Shown here: positions 59,501 to 64,000 of the stretch, in pieces | Position numbering within the stretch: the first letter of the stretch is position 1 | Layout of the letters: each line of letters begins with the position of its first letter | Origin: Candidatus Obscuribacterales bacterium | Lineage (GTDB): Bacteria; Cyanobacteriota; Vampirovibrionia; Obscuribacterales; Obscuribacteraceae | Reading direction: 5' to 3' | Length of the DNA stretch: 64,000 nucleotides | NCBI GenBank assembly: GCA_965228855.1 | Contig: CBDDIJ010000005.1 | Location: 1,574,443 to 1,638,442, forward strand | The notes under the pieces: model-generated | Told to the model about the DNA's origin: nothing | Seen by the model: the letters and a program-made list of their open reading frames with translations, nothing else | Database searches by the model: none | Position numbers and translations under genes: made by a program

Positions 59501-61056
59501 GCTGAGGCAGTCGCACCGCCCGTACCGCCGGCAATCAAAAGGAAGTCCCCTCCCGCACCGATCGCGCTCCGAGTATCAATAGTGCTGCCAGACGCAAACC
59601 ACACATTACCGTTACCGGCGGCATTGGAACTCGCAAAAATATTCAGCGCACCACCATTGGTAGCAATAGGCGTCAACGCCGTCGCAGCGCTAAAGTCCAC
59701 GTTCCCGCCATGAGATAGGTCAAACTGGAACGTGACCGGAGAAAGCGCCGGAGTAGAACCATCCATGCCACCACCACTTATGATGTTGGCACCGGCGATT
59801 AGATAAGTGGGAGCTCCGCTCTCGTTCACAATCTGGCCAGACGTGGTCGCCACGATGTCGCCACCGGCAATGATTGCAAGCGCTTCGTTAACAGTCAGGA
59901 GACCGTCGATGGTTATCGAACCAGTGTTCGCATAAGTCGGATCACCGGTAACACAGTTACTTCCAAGCGTGAGGTTTTCAGTGGAAGCGCTGAAGTGAGA
60001 GATACCGGCGGTACTATTTACGGTACCGGTTACGGCACCAACGCTGGCAGCAATCTCTCCGTCGCCTGCGTTTAAATTGAGTTCTTTTGAAACCCAATCT
60101 CCACCAGTGAGAATGATATTGGAGTTCGCCCCGACAGCTCCTACATTAATAGAACCGTTCTCCGCACGAATGAGCCCGGAAGCATTTTGCACGTCGATCA
60201 GGTTCGCACTACCGGTTAAATCAGGGGCAGCAATATCGATGTTGCCACCAATGCTTTCAATCAGACCAGCATTTACGATCTTGGAAGCATTAATGTTGAC
60301 GCTATCCGCAGCGGAAATTGCCGAAGAAGAATTACTCAACGAAGCAGAGCCATTCGTAAAGGTGCCACCAGCTGATACACCAATTGAGCCCGAACTGATA
60401 ATTTTTCCGGAATTGACAATATCGTGAACTGCTGTCAGCGACAGATTGAGAGTTGAGATCGTGTCGTTCAGACCTAGACTCTCAGGAGCTGTTGTCGATA
60501 TAGTCGCATTCTGATTGTTGAAAATATTGGATGCGAAGATTTTAGCAGTGTCCAACTTCGAGTCGTTAGAAACAGCGTAAAACGTCCCGTCATTGTTGAA
60601 GTCGCCCTGCATGCGTAACGCGCCGTTTCTAGTGTTATCAACGACGGTCACACCGGCAGGGACGTTGACTGATGAGATGTTTGGCTGTCCTCGATGGCTC
60701 AGATCAACGACACCACCGATCGCGTTGCCTTGTTCCCCCAGAACAATAGCCTGACCGGTGTTCGCCATCACCTGAAACACAGCCATCGCTTGCGCAGGTG
60801 TGACAAGTTGACCAGGGTTTATGGTCTGAATCGAGTCTCCAACACGGATATCAACGGACTGGTGCAAACGTCTGAGGTTGATATCAGCACGAGTCGAAGT
60901 CAGGTCCAAGTTGATGCGACCGAGTCCGCGGAGACGCTCCGTTCGATCTTCTCCAGGGCGAGCATGCGCACTCTGAATGCTCAGCGAATAAGCGCACAAT
61001 ATCGTTGCCAAAGTCCAGATCTGCTTGTTCCCACTTAGCTTCATTAGCTGCTCCAC
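53530..61056 (-). CDS. Giant secreted adhesin-like protein (2508 aa): beta-helix repeats, Gly-rich (PGRS-like) core, C-terminal globular beta domain
   Basis: Signal peptide (SAHA); many GGxGGxGG tracts alternating with beta-strands; distinct C-terminal ~200 aa. Confidence 0.85.
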   Translation of the reverse strand: MEQLMKLSGNKQIWTLATILCAYSLSIQSAHARPGEDRTERLRGLGRINLDLTSTRADINLRRLHQSVDIRVGDSIQTINPGQLVTPAQAMAVFQVMANTGQAIVLGEQGNAIGGVVDLSHRGQPNISSVNVPAGVTVVDNTRNGALRMQGDFNNDGTFYAVSNDSKLDTAKIFASNIFNNQNATISTTAPESLGLNDTISTLNLSLTAVHDIVNSGKIISSGSIGVSAGGTFTNGSASLSNSSSAISAADSVNINASKIVNAGLIESIGGNIDIAAPDLTGSANLIDVQNASGLIRAENGSINVGAVGANSNIILTGGDWVSKELNLNAGDGEIAASVGAVTGTVNSTAGISHFSASTENLTLGSNCVTGDPTYANTGSITIDGLLTVNEALAIIAGGDIVATTSGQIVNESGAPTYLIAGANIISGGGMDGSTPALSPVTFQFDLSHGGNVDFSAATALTPIATNGGALNIFASSNAAGNGNVWFASGSTIDTRSAIGAGGDFLLIAGGTGGATASASGAIITDTVKLGSIVADGFNGEPVIIGPGMPVSSPGGFDGGDVTIFARKPAIKNGSTATFGVDGTTSATFGGGSSSDGTSISIEGIFTGGSSGSEPGSVAESGGVGGRGGDVNIVAGGQFGGGSLYVGFIGAAGGSGGSGFSANDGGTAGGAGGDGGTIYLHGATLNRALITVDSVHMSGGSGGSGGSTAGTGADSGAGGAGGHAGTLRVDASNFNLTNSVEGRGGHGGDGGFSDGSFGLGGDGGTGGSIYIGGGAVAGLSANLDGGDAGLSLAYNGDTGNGGAGGDGGLIYIVEGGSIGTSSNPLGNLSLIGGRGGNGALAGSAGNGGSVTISSLASDLYATSIDVRGGYGLSGVGGSGGEVSLSARTSLIGVITVVTLSFSNVTAKGGDGGANNAGGAGGEVSVGSSLITSSFIIDASGGQGGTSAGSGGLGGTIDFDGVNVLGGFSIISDGGDGGAGGINQQGGLGGEGGVIEFGGTNYLTSQTLGLLQAKGGAGGVGQDGGTGGEGGYISLGTGDNLLVNVVASGGVGGDGLSGMSGAHDGGAGGAGGAGGTINIVAAKKLLEVLTDGGAGGLGGDGGSLGGVGGAGGTGGRGGHLGFDSADASGPTFLKSDLLRSSGGAGGAGGTGGGSVGGDAGGAGGDGGNAGSINFESLISGIDNTFKMLVVAGGEGGIGGASGVNGGAGGAGGTGGDAGNISLHTDTVTANGPDLRVGLLDASGGAGGAGGIAVGGTGGIGGSGGSGGNAGDVTVVTGTLHILENGFIDVAGGAGGLGGVGSLNGLNGVAGMGGDVSATTEKGDIASLTNPLNSNSARLVLNAPTSAQIFAHSTAPSVTLTGTSSAGGYFLTSDGDVVLDFEPFVSGIRDLSLAAAGIISLPSAALSVNPDGLSGGLINLEAASIQWQNSASSPLLLNADGTDVGGSISIVLNSGDATIGSQAGQFALSAVGASGGTIAFNLHHGGTLFIDQNALNFAPTGPNGDGGNISLTAQTIENRGTGPIVLNQAVGMGSGNGGYIDISLTDSSSSVVLGGAAVGGDFQFDVSGANAGSINFSTAGALLIEDGALVVETTSVDGNGGEIQLRAQTIEATGGGTIVLEAGANPLGLGAGGNISVEQTAQTSATIGQFGAADFQLIVSGGGGAANGGNILFRTTGDLTVDQAGLVGVSRGKSGGNAGSLTLEAGAGASSGNLLVNGSLSVDSENGTAGSINLISDSSAAFDIGKGGGTGNGIKSGAVSASGKTNGNVTVTNSGGAVSLSTKLNAIATLALNSASDVTFSGSAGSSKGITEILLSAGGDIIQLSSKAKIAAQYILFDADGSVYGPRSQLTVTASTIKFDVGGSANVYNKSDTVLKNSTVGGTLALSSNGTINMESAADSITAQSLVLATNKTIGDTSPLTFDASLLSLSAGNGSLARLQSVGTGVLSLDSSTFNKLQLQSISDVDVVGAFGSSKSSLELTAGNGSDVTTSGDGALIAKSLTVTAGGAINGGDPAFGLVTRASNLTAHSVEDLNILADVSKVTVEGLSSQGDVLLRTGAATKVLTIARGAEILSNGSITLNNSNTNKGSIKFEQDSLVETSGPLGGDVTVFIGVTPPTPVSGSAPANVEVVQDGITGGVFFGTNGISAKSPSNILTYKNANIVFDTGSQNSKAISLGGNVKITADPPNPPDALLAVQVESNLTNGAVLESSSLIAKNSSAGLTLPNGAIYGDQSVASELGARSEVASVLPLSLIAPSNFDSLIRPYSNNISIQTSTISESGSGLSDATLGRIMGAAITASPDFEAGEFSANVICDSDLGLGGFSADGDFLASCSGQTPIRFEKGKLLVHRNSKTVFATPFGEVTIAEKSLVLLMASGDSLAVFNLDDRRRGAVVLKIRDRAVTLSPGKHAVVTWSQIADFETVNPAECFGYRNIRDFKACDTMRVFVGEFSVPQAIRVVKPLQHLVMHNHSGAKDVVNHLMKTTAVVLHLQGAGNFEQVQRRRMAAFKSN

Positions 61057-61569
61057 TTAAAGTTGCGGATCGAGATTGTACCGTTGAACAACCGAAGACG
61101 CAATGAGATTGCTGGTTTATAAAGGTAGCGAAAATACCAAATCGGTCAGACATGGTGGCCTACTGCCCCTTTCAGCACTAACCCCCTTTGCCGATTTAAT
61201 TTTTCTCGCGCCGCTAATGCCTATCAGGCCAAGGTCCTAGCTGAAACACAATCAATCTCTAGAGACTGCATCCAACCCCAATGGGGGATATCAAAGCGCT
61301 CAATTTTGTGGTACCCAGTGAAATGTGCACGGTTGCGCAGAGTCCGGCAATGTGGGCACAAACAAAGCAGACAGTCAAAACAGCACGTCAGTCGCGGCAT
61401 CTAGAATCCCACTCAACTATACGCGGATCGCTGATACCAATCATCGACAGAAATCCGGCAAAGCAAGCAAAAGCAAATGACACCACTTATAGTGCCGCAT
61501 TCAAAATACGATTGCGATCACAGTGGCGTTTAAAAGTTTGCTCCTGATTCCTCGTGATACTATAGGAAC

Positions 61570-62070
61570 ATGCCCACTCACCGAAGAGTTCCACTCTCCA
61601 AGTTCTCCGCTTTTGCCGCTGGAGCGCTTTTCTTGATTGGCTTGCATTCTCAAACTGCGAGCGCAGGCTACGGTCACGTTGCAGACTTTTTCTTACCAAA
61701 ATCACATCCCGTTCGCGAATATTTACACTTCGTGGTGGATGGTCCGGATCTCATCTATTCACCGACCCGATTCCCCAACGCATCTCAGCAACACCGTGGG
61801 CAATCTGCGCTCCACAACTGGATAAGCGCTGATCGGCAGACACGCAACACTCTGGTCGACGAGATTCTGGCTGGAAATGTTTTAGATGGATTAGACAGAG
61901 CAGAAGCGACCCGACTCTTAGGGAAACCGGATGCTCCATATCCATTCGGTTATCAACCGCCCATGGATGGTCTCTTTTACAACTGCACCGATGAAGAAGA
62001 CTGGTGCCTGCTAAACATCGAATTCTTCGACGGCAAGGTTTCGGATGTCCAGCTTCGGGTCAACAACTAG
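61570..62070 (+). CDS. Exported hypothetical protein with SmpA/BamE-like C-terminal motif
   Basis: Signal peptide (ASA); GLDRAEATRLLGKPD..LNIEFFDGKVSDV. Confidence 0.6.
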   Translation: MPTHRRVPLSKFSAFAAGALFLIGLHSQTASAGYGHVADFFLPKSHPVREYLHFVVDGPDLIYSPTRFPNASQQHRGQSALHNWISADRQTRNTLVDEILAGNVLDGLDRAEATRLLGKPDAPYPFGYQPPMDGLFYNCTDEEDWCLLNIEFFDGKVSDVQLRVNN

Positions 62071-62220
62071 AGAAGGAGCGTATGAACCTTTTTGCCAAAG
62101 GACTTTCTTGTGCACGGATTGGACCTCGGAGGTTCGCCACGCGAAGTCGCGGAGTGGTCTCACGACGCCAATTGACGTCGCTGGCGACAAAGAGTGGACA
62201 AAAATACGAGCCGTGAGGTA

Positions 62221-62258
62221 TACTTTCCTCATCGGTTAATTAACCCCTGGGTAAAATA
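62221..62258 (+). promoter_or_regulatory. Probable ArsR autoregulatory operator
   Basis: Palindrome GGTTAATTAACC within an imperfect dyad ending just before the GTG start. Confidence 0.6.
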
Positions 62259-62259
62259 C

Positions 62260-62625
62260 GTGCAAGACAGTCTCAGCTTGACGTTTGCGGCATTAGCCGA
62301 CCCGACCAGAAGAGCAATTCTGGCGCAACTTTCGTCGGGCAAGTCGACGGTTTCCGAAATTGCGGAACCGTTTTCGATGACACTACCGGCGGTGACTAAG
62401 CATTTAAAGGTTTTGGAAAAGGCCGGCTTGATCACCAAAACAAAAAATGCTCAGTTTCGCAACTGCGAGATAAACAGCACCGGTCTAAAGGAAGTCGCCG
62501 ATTGGGTTGACGAGTATCGAGTGTTTTGGGAAGAGAGCTTCGATCGGCTTGGTGAATATTTAAAAGACGTCCAGGAAAAACAAAATCACGAAGGGAACAA
62601 CAATGTCGACGACAACAAAATCTAA
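62260..62625 (+). CDS. ArsR/SmtB-family transcriptional regulator
   Basis: TFAALADPTRRAIL..V.EIAEPF.MTLPAVTKHLKVLEKAGLI..FW..SFDRL. Confidence 0.93.
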   Translation: MQDSLSLTFAALADPTRRAILAQLSSGKSTVSEIAEPFSMTLPAVTKHLKVLEKAGLITKTKNAQFRNCEINSTGLKEVADWVDEYRVFWEESFDRLGEYLKDVQEKQNHEGNNNVDDNKI

Positions 62626-63559
62626 CGAACTTCGCATCATCCGAGTCTATGACGCGCCAGTGAAGCTGGTTTGGGAAGCCTGGACGGATCCTGCGAAGGC
62701 GGCTTTGTGGTGGGGACCACGTGGTTTCACTCTGACGACGCACAGCAAAGATCTGAGAGCTGGCGGGCACTGGCACTACACGATGCACGGTCCGGACGGC
62801 ACCGATTATCCAAACAAAACCACCTATTACGAAGTCGAAGAGCAGGCGAAATTGGTTTATGACCATGGTGCAAACGATGAACAGCCGGCGCTCTTCAGAG
62901 TAACGGTTACCTTCGCGGAGAAAAATGGCAAGACCACGATGGACATGCGCATGGCGCTGAAGACGGCTGAAGAAGCGGATGAAATGCGCCAGTTCATCAA
63001 AGACGCGGGCGGCAATGGAACTTGGGATCGCCTCGCCGAATTTGTCGAAAAGGAAACTTCCAACAACGAAATCTTCGTCATCAACAGGTCTTTCGACGCG
63101 CCCATCGATCTGGTGTTCGACATGTGGACGAAGCCGGAGCACATCGCAAACTGGCTTGCGCCGCGCGGTTTCGATACAAAATTCATGAGAGCCGACATAA
63201 AATCGGGCGGTTCGTCATTTTACCTGATGTCTAACGACGCCGCCGGCATCAAGATGTTCGGTCGCGCAGAATATCTGGAAGTTGAAAAACCGCATCGCAT
63301 CTCATACCGCCAACAATTCTGCGATGAGAATGAAAATGTCTCGCGGCATCCCATGGCACCAACCTGGCCCGAGACGATGCTGACTACAATTCAGCTTGCC
63401 GAAGAAGGTCCAAAACAGACGCGCGTGACGGTTACGATGCAAGCAATCGGAGAAAACACGGACGAGGAAATCGCGACGTTCACGAACGGTCGCGCTGGCA
63501 TGACCATGGGCTGGACGGGTTCGTTCGACAAACTCGAGGAATATTTGCAAACGCTTTAA
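62603..63559 (+). CDS. Tandem SRPBCC (AHSA1-like) domain protein
   Basis: Two domains: RVYDAPVKLVWEAWTDP..WWGPRGF and RSFDAPIDLVFDMWTKP..GWTGSFDKL. Confidence 0.93.
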   Translation: MSTTTKSNELRIIRVYDAPVKLVWEAWTDPAKAALWWGPRGFTLTTHSKDLRAGGHWHYTMHGPDGTDYPNKTTYYEVEEQAKLVYDHGANDEQPALFRVTVTFAEKNGKTTMDMRMALKTAEEADEMRQFIKDAGGNGTWDRLAEFVEKETSNNEIFVINRSFDAPIDLVFDMWTKPEHIANWLAPRGFDTKFMRADIKSGGSSFYLMSNDAAGIKMFGRAEYLEVEKPHRISYRQQFCDENENVSRHPMAPTWPETMLTTIQLAEEGPKQTRVTVTMQAIGENTDEEIATFTNGRAGMTMGWTGSFDKLEEYLQTL

Positions 63560-63890
63560 ACCAACGATCTAGAGTCGTTTATGTCAGGTTAAGCGAGTTG
63601 GTTTCCCGGGTTGCTCCCTCCGAAATGACTCTAGTCTTCGATTCGCCTGTGCGTTTGCGCACAGCTTGACAGCACCGCCTTGCCGCGATCGATGTCCGGC
63701 AAAAAGTCCGCTTCATTGTCCGGATTGTTCTTAACCACTTTGTCGATATTTACAGCATTTTTTCCTCTGAACAGCTAATTAAAGTGCGCCCAAAAGTCCG
63801 GCAAAATGTCCGGCGCTTCGCCAGCTACTTTCAGTCTTACACGTCCGAGGAAATGAAATTTCGCGCTTCGCGTTTTCCGTCCATGAGAAC

Positions 63891-63928
63891 AAAAGGAAAA
63901 CGGCTCGGAAATCCCCATCACCGAGCCG
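63891..63928 (-). terminator. Probable terminator for a minus-strand transcript entering from the right edge
   Basis: CGGCTCGG..CCGAGCCG stem preceded by aaaaggaaaa (U-rich on the - strand). Confidence 0.55.
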
Positions 63929-64000
63929 CTCTCAAAAATTAGAACCATAAACAGACTATCTCGACGACATCAGGATAGCGTGACATTCGCGAACACCTAC

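Overview
Bacterial chromosomal window, probably from a non-photosynthetic cyanobacterial relative (Vampirovibrionia/Melainabacteria, Obscuribacterales-like). This is an inference from the cyanobacterial-type GuaA insert ([22 protein letters not shown]), the membrane Ser/Thr kinase and the giant low-complexity secreted proteins. 1-17 kb: mixed housekeeping genes (partial Lhr helicase, M48 peptidase, kinase, sugar dehydratase, GltP-like symporter, patatin, lysophospholipase, Uma2, guaA, phosphatase). 17-33 kb: mostly orphan or small genes with strongly C/G-ending codons, long structured leaders and many short degenerate tandem duplications, plus anmK, DUF4139, DUF502, CPBP protease and a NupC-like transporter. 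33-48 kb: subtilase-like gene, copA, a TPR-HExxH protein, and a 6,048-bp cassette (HipB/extended HipA plus an orphan RHS toxin and putative immunity gene) bracketed by two diverged copies of that gene's 3' end, followed by Sir2 and a DUF6516/HTH pair. 48-64 kb: two paralogous adhesin-like beta-helix proteins (933 and 2508 aa), a second lysophospholipase and an ArsR-SRPBCC operon. No rRNA, tRNA, CRISPR array or intact integrase/transposase was recognised. Best leads: the 3'-end-replacing toxin cassette, duplications that repeatedly straddle stop codons, two candidate structured cis-regulatory RNAs, and a 103-bp palindrome-rich array. All identities and base pairings were read by eye; no database search was run.
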